This document shows, one piece after another, positions 51,376-62,126 of a DNA stretch of 64,000 bases. The position numbers and the translations under genes were made by a program. The stretch covers positions 1,888,001 to 1,952,000 of the forward strand of contig CBDCXR010000004.1 in the NCBI GenBank assembly GCA_965223845.1, in the 5' to 3' direction. Below the pieces are notes generated by a model. That model was given only the letters and a program-made list of their open reading frames with translations, did no database searches and was not told the DNA's origin. This DNA comes from Planctomycetota bacterium. GTDB taxonomy: Bacteria; Planctomycetota; UBA8108; SXIK01. Each line of letters begins with the position of its first letter. Positions within the stretch are counted from its first letter, which is position 1.

Positions 51376-51596
51376 CCCCAGCTCCGACGCCGCAAAGCAC
51401 ACCTTGGACGGGGACTGTGTCGAGTCGCACGGCACGCCTGTCGAGACGGTCTGCGAGCCCGTGTCGACTTCCACGTACAAGGGCGACATGAGCAAAGCGC
51501 TCTTGCGCGACGGAGGATCAGATGCTCTACGCCCACGTTCGGCTTGGGTCGACCGAGGGACTCGCGGCGCCTCGAGCCGTCGAACTTCTGCGTCCC

Positions 51597-51740
51597 CCGG
51601 TCAAGACTCCAGTTCGCGCGAGTGGCTCCACTTTCGAGCTCGGCCCTCCGATTGATCGCGTGGTCAGCGGTTGTGACCGCAACATCATCGCTCGCAGACA
51701 ATCCGAGGGCGAGAGCGAGATGGACTGGAAGCAGCTCAGG
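51597..51740 (+). mobile_element. Remnant left end and first codons (MDWKQL) of a DDE transposon
   Basis: Aligns by eye with 54757..54880 (gtggctccactt...ggttgtgaccgcaacatcatcgctc...gagagcgagatggactgg) and with the start of the 61065 transposase. Confidence 0.7.
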
Positions 51741-52057
51741 CTGCGCCTGACCTCTGGCCTTTCACGCCGAATGCTTGCTTCGCGTCGGTCGCTTCGAGAT
51801 CCAGTTCGCCCGGGAGCTTCTGAACCTTGAATCCGCTGGTAGTCGGGAAGGGAGCAGATGAGCGAGAGTTCGAGAGGCTCCCTCCTCCAGCGCCACCTGA
51901 GTTCGTCGCTCGGGATGAGCACGAGCCGACCGACGAGCTCAGAAGACGCTGGAGACGAAGACGACGTTCGACAGAATCCGTGCGGAAAGATACGCTACGC
52001 GCTGCGGTCAAGCGCCAGCGACGCCCGTCAACCCCGGCGACTTTGGAAGGAGGTGCG

Positions 52058-52450
52058 ATGGCAGACCAACCAGAGTTCAAGGCAGCATTTCCCTACCAGA
52101 AAGACGTTCTCGCTCTTCCGGTCACCGACCTCGACGCCGCGTCCACATGGTACGCAGAACACTTCGGAATGGTCGAAGTCGAGCGACGTGAGGAGCCCGT
52201 ACCGGCGGTACTTTTGGAGCGGGACGGCACGCGAGTCGGCTTCGCGTTGACCGGCGGGGATCCGGCTCAGGACGGCGCGGCGATTCTCGTCTCGGGCATC
52301 GAAGAAATGAAGGGCGAGCTCGAAGCGAGAGGCGTGAAGGTCGGAAACTGGCGTGTCGAAGAACGGGACGGGAAGAGACTACAGGTGTTCTTTGTCGTCG
52401 CTCCCGATGGGCTTTGCTACTACTTCCACGAGCCGATACAGGATGCGTAG
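52058..52450 (+). CDS. VOC/glyoxalase family protein
   Basis: AAGGAGGT RBS; LPVTDLDAASTWY...FG, FFVVAPDGLCYYF. Confidence 0.88.
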   Translation: MADQPEFKAAFPYQKDVLALPVTDLDAASTWYAEHFGMVEVERREEPVPAVLLERDGTRVGFALTGGDPAQDGAAILVSGIEEMKGELEARGVKVGNWRVEERDGKRLQVFFVVAPDGLCYYFHEPIQDA

Positions 52451-52976
52451 GCGCTGCAATCTTGGCTCGTCGAGGTGAACCCCTGACGGAAACGCTCCTC
52501 AGCGAGTCCCCGAGGAGAGGGTGGAACGAGGCGATCATCGCCACAGAATCGCGCGATGAACCGGGACATGCTTCGTTCGTCAGTTCGCTTGTTCTGGTGA
52601 AGACTGCTCCGGTCACTCCGACGGATCATTCCTGCAGGCCAAATAGAAGAGTCAGCTCTGCACCCGTCGCTGCAGTCGCTGTTCGGAAAGCCCGAGTCGC
52701 CACCGACGATCGTCCCCTTCTATGCGAAGTTTAGCGCCGGGCGCTCCCGCCGAACCCTTTCACTAGTCGCAATTTCGCAAATCCGATCGCGAGCACCCGT
52801 CTCGGTGAGAGAGAGTCCGTTTTCGAGCAGGGTGGTGAAGCGGTCGCGACCCGGGTCGAAATCGTCTCTGATCTACGGACGATTGCTCGCCTACCGCAGC
52901 GAGCACCTCACAGTCCCGAATCCGCCGTTCTCCCGGTGAGGGACTCGGCTCAGCAGCCCGGTCTACAAACCGCGTT

Positions 52977-52996
52977 TGAGTTTTTTGACCAGACGG
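52977..52996 (+). mobile_element. Isolated transposon right-end motif
   Basis: TGAGTTTTTTGACCAGACGG matches the 62124..62144 end with two mismatches. Confidence 0.65.
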
Positions 52997-53081
52997 ATCG
53001 ACGATCACCGACGAAATCGAGGCAAAGTTCGAACGACTGAGATCGCGTGCTCGAACTCGATCATCGAGTCGCAGCTCCGCT

Positions 53082-54632
53082 CTACTTCGCCGGAAGGACC
53101 TCCGAGCGCGACACCTTTTTCCCGAAGTGGTTTCGAAGCAAGATCACGAACTGCTCGGCGGTCACGACTCGCGTCTTAGGAGGGAGGAGGTCGATGCAGC
53201 GCTTAACCGCTTCCATCGGTCCGCCGATGGACTTGAACGACCACGCGTGCACATTGATCAGTGCATAGCTCGCGGAGTCGTTCGTCGGATCGGCCGGAAG
53301 CTCTCCGATGGCTCGAGCTACGCCCTCGGGACTCTTCTCCGGCTTCGGCTCCCAAAGAAGGTAGCGGTACGAGACGCAAGGCTTCCCGCGGTGCCAGAGG
53401 ATCCGGCCCTTCTCCGAGTCGTAGATCCAGCCTTTGTAGATCGCGCCGAGCACCTCACGCTGTTCGAGCAGCTCGAGGCTCTCCTGCATCGTGCCGCGCG
53501 AATTGAGAACAGTGACGACAGAGAGCCGTGACTTCTTCATCAGCTTCGCGGTACGCTTCGCGAACGCCGAACGGTCGGGCAGGTAGTGGGGAAACGAGTA
53601 ACCCGCACCGCTGGGACCCGTGATGAAATCGTCGAGGTTCGCACCCGTCGATGCTGTCCGGTAGAAATGCCGAAGAGCGCGCGGTGCGACTTCCGAGAGG
53701 ATCGGAGCCATCTCCCACGTCATCGGAAACGTACCGCGGTGAGGGCTCGCCCAGAAGCCGCGGGCTTTGACGAAGCCGCCTCCCATCCACTGGATGTTGT
53801 CACCGTCGCTCATGACGAACGCGACGATTCGTTCTCCCTTCTCGGCCGGCTCCGGGTAGCGACGCGGGCGCCGTGGAATCGCGACCGTGAGCCTGGACAG
53901 CGTGGAGAGGTTGTGTGACCAGTCCGCAGGCAGGACCGTTCCACCGCTCTGGCTCACCGAGCGGACGAAGTCGTGCTCGCCCTCCCAACCGAAGACGTTG
54001 GGCGCTCGTCCGATCTTCCGGAGGATGCGGATTCGCTCCCGATCGCCGACGCCGTAGAAGCAGAACGCGTTTTGATGGACCGCCCAGTCGCGAAGGTGGG
54101 CGTGCTTGGACTCGTCCTGCACGACGACGACCTTGGAGGAGAACAGTTGGGAGTGCTTCGCGAACGCCCGGACCTCGTCGATGCCGCGCACGTCCAGGAT
54201 CTCGCGGAGACCGGCCTGCTTGGCGCGGTCAACGATCGAGCCGTCGACGGCGACCGCCCGCCTCGGACCACACAGAGACGTGGCGACGTTGATGCTGTCC
54301 GTCTTGAGGTCGTAGACGATGTAGCCGCGGATCGAGGATCGAAACTTCTCGACGAGATCCCAGACTGAAGCGACGTCGTGAACCTTCGTACCCTCGCCGC
54401 GCATCTCCTCGAGCAGAAGGGCATTCATCCCCGAGCTGCGGATCCAGATCGCCGGCTTCTTCTTCGAGATGAGACCTTGAAGGGAGAGGGCGAGTGTCTG
54501 CTCGGCGTGAGTGAGCTTCTTCAGGTCGACGCTCCAGAGCTCGGGAGGGGTTGGATCCTTGGCTCGAGCGAGAGTCGAGCTGAGGAGGAGCAGGACAGGA
54601 AGCGACGAAGTTACGAGGACGCGGGCCTTCAC
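53082..54632 (-). CDS. GxGYxYP domain putative glycoside hydrolase
   Basis: Signal peptide; SLQGLI, FVMSDGDNIQW, GPSGAGYSFP, INVHAWS. Confidence 0.88.
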   Translation of the reverse strand: MKARVLVTSSLPVLLLLSSTLARAKDPTPPELWSVDLKKLTHAEQTLALSLQGLISKKKPAIWIRSSGMNALLLEEMRGEGTKVHDVASVWDLVEKFRSSIRGYIVYDLKTDSINVATSLCGPRRAVAVDGSIVDRAKQAGLREILDVRGIDEVRAFAKHSQLFSSKVVVVQDESKHAHLRDWAVHQNAFCFYGVGDRERIRILRKIGRAPNVFGWEGEHDFVRSVSQSGGTVLPADWSHNLSTLSRLTVAIPRRPRRYPEPAEKGERIVAFVMSDGDNIQWMGGGFVKARGFWASPHRGTFPMTWEMAPILSEVAPRALRHFYRTASTGANLDDFITGPSGAGYSFPHYLPDRSAFAKRTAKLMKKSRLSVVTVLNSRGTMQESLELLEQREVLGAIYKGWIYDSEKGRILWHRGKPCVSYRYLLWEPKPEKSPEGVARAIGELPADPTNDSASYALINVHAWSFKSIGGPMEAVKRCIDLLPPKTRVVTAEQFVILLRNHFGKKVSRSEVLPAK

Positions 54633-54756
54633 GGATTTACTCTCCACTCGAAAATGCAATTGTAACGAGAGGCCCAGTCGCTTCACTTCTTGGGGTGGAA
54701 CTTGAAGAACATCTCCGCTGTCCACTCACCGAGCATCCACTCCAATCCCGCTTGGG

Positions 54757-55132
54757 CAAGAAACTCGAAGTCGCTCGGGTGGCTCCACTTCCGAACTCGG
54801 CCCTCCGCGTGATCCGCGGTTGTGACCGCAACATCATCGCTCACAGACAAGGTGAGAGCGAGATGGACTGGACGCAGTTCCTTGCGTACGTGACTGGCTC
54901 GGTCGCTGAGGAGCTTCTCCCGCCGGGGCTCGTGACCTACTAAGTGCTGTTCTTCATGCGCGTCAGATCGCGGCGAGTGTACGTGGCCGGCGTCACGCCG
55001 CATCCGGCAGCGGAGTGGGTCGTACAGATCGCTCGAAACGTCACGATGGCGGGAGACGGATTCCTCGAAGGCGTCCGTTACCTCGTCCACGACCGAGACT
55101 CAAAGTTCTGCGCGGCGTTCGCCGAGCGATGA
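54757..55132 (+). pseudogene. Internally deleted integrase-core transposase with left end
   Basis: MDWTQFLAYVTGSVAEELL joined directly to GLVTY*VLFFMRVRSRRVYVAGVT...VHDRDSKF; internal stop and large deletion relative to 61065..62126. Confidence 0.85.
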
Positions 55133-55375
55133 TCGAAGCCTTGGAGACCGAGAACTGAGAACAAACAGACAGCGTAATCGTCCGACTGCCACGTCGTCCG
55201 GCGATTGATCAAGCCGATCAGACCGCGTAATCTGCCACGGGGAGCTCCACACCCGACTGCCCGCCGCCACACCTTTTCGCCTCTCGCAAGTTCCACGGCA
55301 ACGTGAAGTAACGTCTTTGCGTTGCTGTGAAGAGGTATCCGAGCTGGTGCACGCACTCGACTCACCGAGGGCAAG

Positions 55376-56245
55376 ATGAGGAATAGGATCCAACGTAGCG
55401 TCATTTTCTTGGGTGGCGTGATCGGCTTGATCGTGGTTGCCGTCGGTGTCGATGTTCTCATCAACTACGAGCGCCGAGCCGGGGCGAAGCGGACGGACAA
55501 CAGCCTCGGAATGCCCCTGGTCTGGTGCCCGCCAGGGAAGTTCACCATTGGGAGCCCAGAGGACGAGGCGGGTCGCGACGAAGACGAGGATCAGGTGGAG
55601 GTGGAGCTGACGCGCGGATTCTGGCTGGGTCAGCTCGAAGTGACGCAGTCGGAGTGGGAGCGCGTGATGAACACCACGCCTTGGAAGGGCCAGAAACTCG
55701 TGAAGGAGGGACCGCGGTATCCGGCCACCTACGTTTCTTGGCAGGACGCCGTGGCGTTCTGCAAGAAACTCACCGAGCTCGACCGCGCCGCGCGAAAGTT
55801 GGGGGCGGACGAAGAGTATCGTCTGCCGACCGAGGCGGAGTGGGAGTACGCGTGTCGTGCGGGAGAGCCGACGGCGTACTTCTTCGGGAACGGCGCTGGG
55901 ACGCTGGGGGAGTACGCGTGGTTCAGGACGAATGCGTACGACGCGAATGAAGAGTTCGCGCACGAGGTGGGAAGCAAGCAGGCGAACGCGTGGCATCTTC
56001 ACGACGTGCACGGAAACGTCTGGGAATGGTGCGCGGACGCGTACACCGAGAATCTCCCGGGCGGCCGCGACCCTATCGGCTCCGGTTCTAACGGTTCTCC
56101 CGGCGCCCACCGGGTGCGCCGGGGCGGCAGCTGGTACGATGGCCCTCAGAACTGCCGAGCGGCGTTCCGGTTCAGGTTTGCGCCGTCGGTCCGGTTCAGC
56201 AACCTGGGATTTCGGGTCGCCCGAGTTCCGCGTAGCGGAAGTTAG
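55376..56245 (+). CDS. Membrane-anchored FGE-sulfatase domain protein
   Basis: TM, NSLGMPLV, EVTQSEW, YRLPTEAEWEYACRAG, LHDVHGNVWEW, RGGSW, LGFRV. Confidence 0.93.
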   Translation: MRNRIQRSVIFLGGVIGLIVVAVGVDVLINYERRAGAKRTDNSLGMPLVWCPPGKFTIGSPEDEAGRDEDEDQVEVELTRGFWLGQLEVTQSEWERVMNTTPWKGQKLVKEGPRYPATYVSWQDAVAFCKKLTELDRAARKLGADEEYRLPTEAEWEYACRAGEPTAYFFGNGAGTLGEYAWFRTNAYDANEEFAHEVGSKQANAWHLHDVHGNVWEWCADAYTENLPGGRDPIGSGSNGSPGAHRVRRGGSWYDGPQNCRAAFRFRFAPSVRFSNLGFRVARVPRSGS

Positions 56246-56496
56246 TCCAGCCGCGGAGACGGAATCGTAGCCCGGCGGTGCGAAAGCGGAGCCGGCCTCC
56301 TGTACGAGGGTTCGGAAGGAGCGCAGATCTGAAGATCTGGTATCCGAGTGAGCACAAACGCAAGCGCGTTCTGTCCGAAAACACAGTCCGTGGTACAAGC
56401 TCCTGACCGGTACCGCCGGTACTGCGTTAGAGGTATTCGCCGGGTGGGAATCGCCATCGAGGCGTTCGCTCTGCCATTCGGTTGAAAACTCAGAGG

Positions 56497-56560
56497 GCCA
56501 GGCGAGGATCGTGTCGGGGGTAAGGATCGTGGCGACCTGGTCCAAAAGGCTACGTCCAAG
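56497..56560 (-). pseudogene. Short transposase fragment abutting the next element
   Basis: Encodes [21 protein letters not shown], homologous to both intact transposases. Confidence 0.7.
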
Positions 56561-57891
56561 GCGTCCTGTCCAAAAACTCATCGGACGTGAATTCCCGAAC
56601 TGAACGAAGCTTATCGACGTAGACGATCTCGAATCTCAACCGAATCGATTAATCGGCCGACTGGTCGTCGAAATCACGCAGCAAATACCGGCGAGAGGCT
56701 CGACAGCGAGAGGAAAGAGGAGGCGGTGCGATCTACGCCGCCTGCCGGTAGTAGTACCGGAGCAGACCACCGAGCCGTTCGCGACATCGAAGTCTGCCAT
56801 GTGCACGTTCGGGATCACCGTCGATCAACTTGTTGCCGATCCCCTTGTGACATCGCGCTCGGTGGTAATGATCTGCGAACGACCTGACTGCGCGTCGAAG
56901 CGACGCCTCCGTGAAGAAGATCATCCGATCGAGGCACTCGCTCTTGATCGACAAGACGAATCGCTCGGCGTAGGCGTTCAGATTCGGCGACCGCGCGGGC
57001 AAGCGTACGACGCTCACCCCAGCACCGGTAAGGAGCTCGCGAAACTCCCCGGTGTACTTCGCGTCGCGATCGAGAATCAGAACTCGCTTGTCGAGAAGAA
57101 AGCCATCGAAGGCGTCCGTGAGGCCACGGCCGACCTGGAGCATAAAGCGCGAGTCCGGAGTGGGGGAGATGCCTGCGACGTGGACTCGTCGGGTCTTCAG
57201 CTCCATGACGAACAGCACGTAGTACGAGATCAAACCCGTGGGTCGAGCGACCTCGACTGTGAAGAAGTCGGCGGCGGCGAGCACGTCCCAGTGAGCTCGC
57301 AGAAACGTGCGCCACGGCGTTCGTTTCGTTCGCTCGAACGCGGGCTCGATCCCATTCTCCTTCACGATGTTGGCGATCGTTCCTCGCGACAGCTCGTGAC
57401 CAACGTGGGCGAGCGCTCCTTGGATCCTCGTGTAGCCCCACGTCGGATTCTCTCGCGCCATGCGGACAACGAGGTCCGACAGCTCGGCCTTCGTTCTTGG
57501 TCGACCGGGCCTTCTTCGGTCGGAGTAATCCCATTTCCGAGCGATCAGATTTCGATACCAGGCGAGGATCGTGTCTGGCGTAACGATCGTCGCGACCTCG
57601 TCCAGAAGGCGACGTCCGAGGGCCTTACCCTTTACTGCCAATCGACGGCGCTCGTCATCGGTCAGGCGAACACGCCTGCCGCCGAGTTGCCGCTTGAGGA
57701 CTCGGTTCTCCTCCACGAGGTAGCCGATGATGCCTTGCTGGTGGCGATTGATCCAGCCGGCCACGGTGATCAGCAGCAGCTGCCAAGGGTGAATCGTGTT
57801 CATACTTCCGATGCTAATCGGGCGAACGGCCCGGGAGCAAACTCGGTTAGACACGTGGTTTACGACTCGGTTGAGTTTTTGGACACGACGC
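56561..57891 (-). mobile_element. Insertion sequence with integrase-core (DDE) transposase
   Basis: Terminal inverted repeats GCGTC(C/G)TGTCCAAAAACTCA at 56561..56580 and 57872..57891. Confidence 0.85.
56733..57803 (-). CDS. Integrase core domain transposase
   Basis: ATG 57803; [45 protein letters not shown]. Confidence 0.93.
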   Translation of the reverse strand: MNTIHPWQLLLITVAGWINRHQQGIIGYLVEENRVLKRQLGGRRVRLTDDERRRLAVKGKALGRRLLDEVATIVTPDTILAWYRNLIARKWDYSDRRRPGRPRTKAELSDLVVRMARENPTWGYTRIQGALAHVGHELSRGTIANIVKENGIEPAFERTKRTPWRTFLRAHWDVLAAADFFTVEVARPTGLISYYVLFVMELKTRRVHVAGISPTPDSRFMLQVGRGLTDAFDGFLLDKRVLILDRDAKYTGEFRELLTGAGVSVVRLPARSPNLNAYAERFVLSIKSECLDRMIFFTEASLRRAVRSFADHYHRARCHKGIGNKLIDGDPERAHGRLRCRERLGGLLRYYYRQAA

Positions 57892-58393
57892 GGATGAGTT
57901 TTTTGACCATACGAGTTCCGAATCAAGCTGCAACTAAGTCGCGGAGCGCGCCGCGAGAGTTTTCGCGCCGCGTCGTCAGATGTCAATCGAAGAGATGTCC
58001 GATTCGAATCTTGAAGCTCACGTGATCTCACGCGCGATTCCGGGACAGTTAACGCACCGATGGGCGAAATTGCTGCACAGTCGAGCGGCCGGCTTCGGGG
58101 CCATTTCCGATCGGGATCACGTGGGAAGAGCGGCGACGGCAGACGCGCTCTCGCCGTCGTATCCTCAATGCTCCGCGTGGCATTGCAAGTGCCGGGCTAT
58201 TGGTCAAGCGGCCCTCGTTGTTCTCTTATTGGGATCCTGCACTTTCCGTCGTTCGGCGTCACTGTCAAAGTAGTCGCGAAGCGACACTTTGCCCAACGGC
58301 GGGAGGATCTTCAGTCGCTGGTCAGGCGTTTCCGAGGCGCAAACGCCAACCCCGCTCAGTTGAACATAGGCACTCGCTGAGAAACCTCATAAG

Positions 58394-59317
58394 TCATCGG
58401 GTGTCACGTAGGAGGAAAAAAGAGTCTCGGAGCATGTGCATCGCCGAATTCACTGCCTGTGTGTTGAAGTCCTCAACTTCGGGGTTTTCGTCGTAGGACA
58501 CATAATACACACGACGGACGCCTTCTGTCTTGAGTTTTACTGTTCGTAGGATCCCGGCGCTTTTGCCCTCCTTCATGGCTCTCTGCGCAAACCGCAGCCC
58601 GTCCTTGTCGTCTACGGGCACATCTCGATAATTCCCGGCCACGTCATGCGTGGCAATCACCTGGCTTACAACCCGAGATCGCTGATGATTTAATATATTC
58701 ATAATCGTCTTGTGTGCCCCGAATAACATTACGAGTTGATCGTAGACATCGCCAGGGAGCTCTTCGCGGGCTGCATGCGCAAATAGTCCGGTCTGAAGGA
58801 GCTTATCAACGAAGTCGTCTTCGTGCCCCTGGGCGATCATGTCGGGATCGAACCGGCCTCGAAAGCGTTCGATGGGTTTGGGGAGTTCGATTTCGTCAGT
58901 GTACCGTGCGGCAAACTGTTCGAATTCGAGAGCGCCGATGGAATCGGGGCTATTTTCCGAGTGCCAGGCACTTAAGACAGGAAGTTGTCCAAGAGTTTTC
59001 AAATCAATCTCAATTCGAGATACTCTTTCGCTTACCTGCTTGAAGCCCTCAAGACACTCGTCCATAACCGGGGCGAAGTCCTGTATTATTTGCTCTCGAC
59101 CTCGAATGTTCGCGTCGATCTGGAGGCTGAGTTCCTGAACCCGCCGCTCTGTCTCCGTCTGTCTTGACAGGACTTCCTTGTAATTAAAGACAGGTGACGT
59201 GAATACGCCGATAGCTATGGCCGCCAAGAGCGCGAGGATGCTCAGGTTGAGGGCGGTTGAACTCTTGACGATCGCGGTTGCGGGCATGTTGAATCCATCA
59301 AGGGTTTCGAGTCTCAC
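58394..59317 (-). CDS. Hypothetical membrane-anchored protein with coiled coil
   Basis: Long ORF in a visibly more AT-rich segment; N-terminal TM then heptad-like stretch; start may be ATG 59287. Confidence 0.7.
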   Translation of the reverse strand: MRLETLDGFNMPATAIVKSSTALNLSILALLAAIAIGVFTSPVFNYKEVLSRQTETERRVQELSLQIDANIRGREQIIQDFAPVMDECLEGFKQVSERVSRIEIDLKTLGQLPVLSAWHSENSPDSIGALEFEQFAARYTDEIELPKPIERFRGRFDPDMIAQGHEDDFVDKLLQTGLFAHAAREELPGDVYDQLVMLFGAHKTIMNILNHQRSRVVSQVIATHDVAGNYRDVPVDDKDGLRFAQRAMKEGKSAGILRTVKLKTEGVRRVYYVSYDENPEVEDFNTQAVNSAMHMLRDSFFLLRDTR

Positions 59318-59353
59318 GCACGGTCGTACGGTTGAAAGCGCGGGTATGACGGG

Positions 59354-59683
59354 TTATGAGCTCAGAGGGCACTCGCAGAACGCCTGTCCGGACGCGGGGG
59401 ATACCTCTTCCGTGCACGCCGAACAATCATCCTTCTTGAGGGAAATGAAGATTCCACTGGCACATACACACTCTTGAGTGTAACTAACTTTTCGGTTGGT
59501 CAGTGGTCCGGACCCGGAGTTCACACAAGTGTCGCAAACTTCTCCGGTCGGTGGCGATTCGCACGACGAGTTCTGGCCACAGATCGGGTCCCAGCAGAGC
59601 TTGCATCCGTCAGCCAGGTCCAGCGTAACCTCGTAGGTGGCCTTGCATTGTCCACTGAAGGAAACCATGTCGGCACTATGCAC
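59354..59683 (-). pseudogene. Cys-rich protein, 5'-truncated by transposon insertion
   Basis: 13 Cys in 109 aa; ORF begins exactly at the transposon boundary 59684. Confidence 0.55.
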
Positions 59684-59738
59684 CTCGTATGGTCAAAAAA
59701 CCCGAACGCCACCGATCGGATGTAGTGCTCCCCTCAGG

Positions 59739-60581
59739 TCAAGCCACCTGGTTGGATTGTTTTGACCGGAACTGAGCTGGGCTGAGATAGCCGAGCGCCT
59801 GGTGAGGGCGCTCCTCGTTGTACCAGCTGATCCACGATTGAACGGCGCGTCGCGCCTCCTCGAAGTCTTTGAAGTTGTGCTGCCAGGTGCACTCTTCTTT
59901 GAGGCTCCTGAAGAACCGCTCGATCATGCCGTTCTGCTCGGGCGTGTACGGCGTGATGTACTCCTGGCTGAGGTTGTACGTGCGGCAGGTCTCACGAAAG
60001 CGTCTGGACTGGAATACGAGTCCGTTGTCGCTCCGGAGGATTGGCCTCCGCCCTGACGGGCGGAGGGTTCCGAAGCGATTGAGGCAAGCCTCCTCGAGGG
60101 CTCGCTCGGCCTCGCGAGCCCTCGCTCTCAGCGAGAACTCGTACCCCACCACTTCGCGGTCGTGACAGTCGATGACTGCCGAGAGGTGAGCCCAGCCGTC
60201 GCGTCCGCAGGGGATGTGAGTGATGTCTACAGCCCAGCGAAGGTTGCTACGCTCGGAGCGACTCGTCCGTGTCTGAGCCCGCGGTCGCGGCGTTCGCACA
60301 CGCTGATGTGTGAACCAGCGTTTCTGTTTCAGCACGCGATAGACGACCTTCTTGTTCACTCTGATCCCACGCTGGAAGCGCAGAATCGCCCAGATCCGGC
60401 GATACCCGAAGGTCGGGTGCTCGGTGATGATCCTGCGGATCTCCTTCACCAAAAAGGCTGATAAGGGGTGTTGTCGCTTGCCACTTGGACGATCCGGAGG
60501 CTGCCGCTGCAAGCTCGAGCGGCTCACCCTCAGAACTCGACAGACTCTCCGCTGGGAGGAGCCTGGCTTGACGTTCATCAC
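59739..60581 (-). CDS. IS3 family transposase OrfB
   Basis: FGYRRI, WAVDITH, VIDCHDRE, SDNG, TPEQNGMIERFFRSLKEE, YNEERPHQAL. Confidence 0.95.
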   Translation of the reverse strand: MMNVKPGSSQRRVCRVLRVSRSSLQRQPPDRPSGKRQHPLSAFLVKEIRRIITEHPTFGYRRIWAILRFQRGIRVNKKVVYRVLKQKRWFTHQRVRTPRPRAQTRTSRSERSNLRWAVDITHIPCGRDGWAHLSAVIDCHDREVVGYEFSLRARAREAERALEEACLNRFGTLRPSGRRPILRSDNGLVFQSRRFRETCRTYNLSQEYITPYTPEQNGMIERFFRSLKEECTWQHNFKDFEEARRAVQSWISWYNEERPHQALGYLSPAQFRSKQSNQVA

Positions 60582-60904
60582 TCGCCGGACGTCCTCGGCT
60601 CGAAAGGGCGGTTCTTCGTCGCTTCGCGAAGAATGTCCAGATCGATCACGAGCTCGCCCACCTTCTCCTTGAGCTTGCGAATCTCCTGATCCTTGTGCGC
60701 GTCCTCATCGCGCGGTCGAGAGCGCAGCGCGTTCTCCCCAGAGGACAAGAACCGCTCCTTCCAGTCCTCCACCTCACCGACCGTCAGACCGTGCTTTCGC
60801 GCAGCCGCCGTCACCGTGGTTTCGCCCCGAAGAACAGACAGCACCAACGCCCCTCGACGCTTGGCGGTCCACCTCTGCAGATTCTCGGGAATCTCGTTCG
60901 CCAT
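60578..60904 (-). CDS. IS3 family OrfA (DUF1153-like HTH)
   Basis: RWTAKRRGALVL, AARKHGLT, LKEKVGEL..D; GGAGGT RBS; overlaps the OrfB start. Confidence 0.92.
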   Translation of the reverse strand: MANEIPENLQRWTAKRRGALVLSVLRGETTVTAAARKHGLTVGEVEDWKERFLSSGENALRSRPRDEDAHKDQEIRKLKEKVGELVIDLDILREATKNRPFEPRTSGE

Positions 60905-61064
60905 GAGTCTTCACCTCCGTGACCGATCTGATCACGTCGTAACGGTGGACTCAATCCTGAAGGGGGCAGGATACGGAAGGACTTAGAGCTCCCGCTGACC
61001 GCTTGATTCTACCCGCACGCGTCGATCATGATCGCGGGTTTCAGACGGCGGTGTCGAGGAAACG

Positions 61065-62126
61065 ATGGATTGGAAGAAGCTGCTAGTGTACGCGACCGGC
61101 TCGGTTGACGAGGAGCTGCTGCTTCGGAACGAGTACCTGGTGACGGAGAACCGGATTCTCAGAGACCAAATCTCCGGGCGGCCGAAATTGAACGACGGCG
61201 AACGTCGCGCGCTCGCCGAAATCGGCAAGAGACTGGGCCGTCGTGCTCTCGAGGAAATCGCGACGATCGTCAAGCCGGACACGATTCTTGCGTGGCACCG
61301 GCGTCTGATCGCGAAGAAGTTCGACGGCTCGAAGAAACGACGGTCGCCAGGCCGTCCACCGATCGACGCTGAGATCGAGAAGTTGATTGTCGATCTAGCC
61401 AAGGAGAATCGGAGCTGGGGCTACGACCGAATCGCCGGCGCGTTGGCGAACCTCGGACACAACGTCAGCGACCAAACGGTCGGCAACGTTCTGAAGCTGC
61501 ACGGTCTTCCGCCGGCGCCGACGCGCTCTAAGGCCACGACGTGGAGCGAGTTCGTGCGCTCTCACATGGACGTCCTCACGGCGACTGACTTCTTCACCGC
61601 GGAGGTGTGGACGAAGGCAGGTCTTGCTACGTACTACGTGCTGTTCTTCGTCCGGTTGTCGACGCGTCGCGTTCACATCGCCGGCATGACGCCGAATCCG
61701 CACGAGGACTGGATGGTCCAGGTCGCTCGGAACGTCAGCATGGTCGAGTTCGGATTCCTTCAGGCCGGCGACTACCTCATCCACGATCGCGACGGGAAGT
61801 TCTGCCCGAGGTTCATCGAGACGCTTGAGGCCGCCGACGTCAAACCGGTCAAGTTGCCGGCGCGTAGCCCGAATCTGAACGCGTACGCCGAGCGCTGGGT
61901 GCGCAGCGTGAAAGAAGAGTGCCTCTCGAAGCTGATCCTCTTCGGCGAGGCCTCGCTTCGTCGAGTTCTGTCCGAGTACCTCGAGCACTATCACGGCGAG
62001 CGAAACCACCAGGGAAGGGACAACGTCATCTTGTTCCCGGCCGAGGAGTTCGCAGTCGACGGGCCAATTCGGCGGCGACAGCGGCTTGGAGGGCTGTTGA
62101 ACTACTATTACCGGGAGGCCGGATGA
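61065..62126 (+). CDS. Integrase core domain transposase
   Basis: [58 protein letters not shown]. Confidence 0.95.
   Translation: MDWKKLLVYATGSVDEELLLRNEYLVTENRILRDQISGRPKLNDGERRALAEIGKRLGRRALEEIATIVKPDTILAWHRRLIAKKFDGSKKRRSPGRPPIDAEIEKLIVDLAKENRSWGYDRIAGALANLGHNVSDQTVGNVLKLHGLPPAPTRSKATTWSEFVRSHMDVLTATDFFTAEVWTKAGLATYYVLFFVRLSTRRVHIAGMTPNPHEDWMVQVARNVSMVEFGFLQAGDYLIHDRDGKFCPRFIETLEAADVKPVKLPARSPNLNAYAERWVRSVKEECLSKLILFGEASLRRVLSEYLEHYHGERNHQGRDNVILFPAEEFAVDGPIRRRQRLGGLLNYYYREAG

Larger units (their letters stand above)
59721..60973 (-). mobile_element. IS3 family insertion sequence
   Basis: Imperfect IRs TGTAGTGCTCCCCTCAGG / TATCCTGCCCCCTTCAGG; CGGA duplicated at 59717..59720 and 60974..60977. 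Confidence 0.88.

Noticed and set aside
15415-56245. FGE-domain genes as sulfatase-maturing enzymes, or a complete DGR
   Set aside because: The catalytic Cys pair is absent; no reverse transcriptase or template repeat was seen in the window.
55100-56581. 493-aa minus-strand ORF starting with transposase-like residues
   Set aside because: Only about 20 residues are a transposase remnant; the rest is antisense to the FGE gene.
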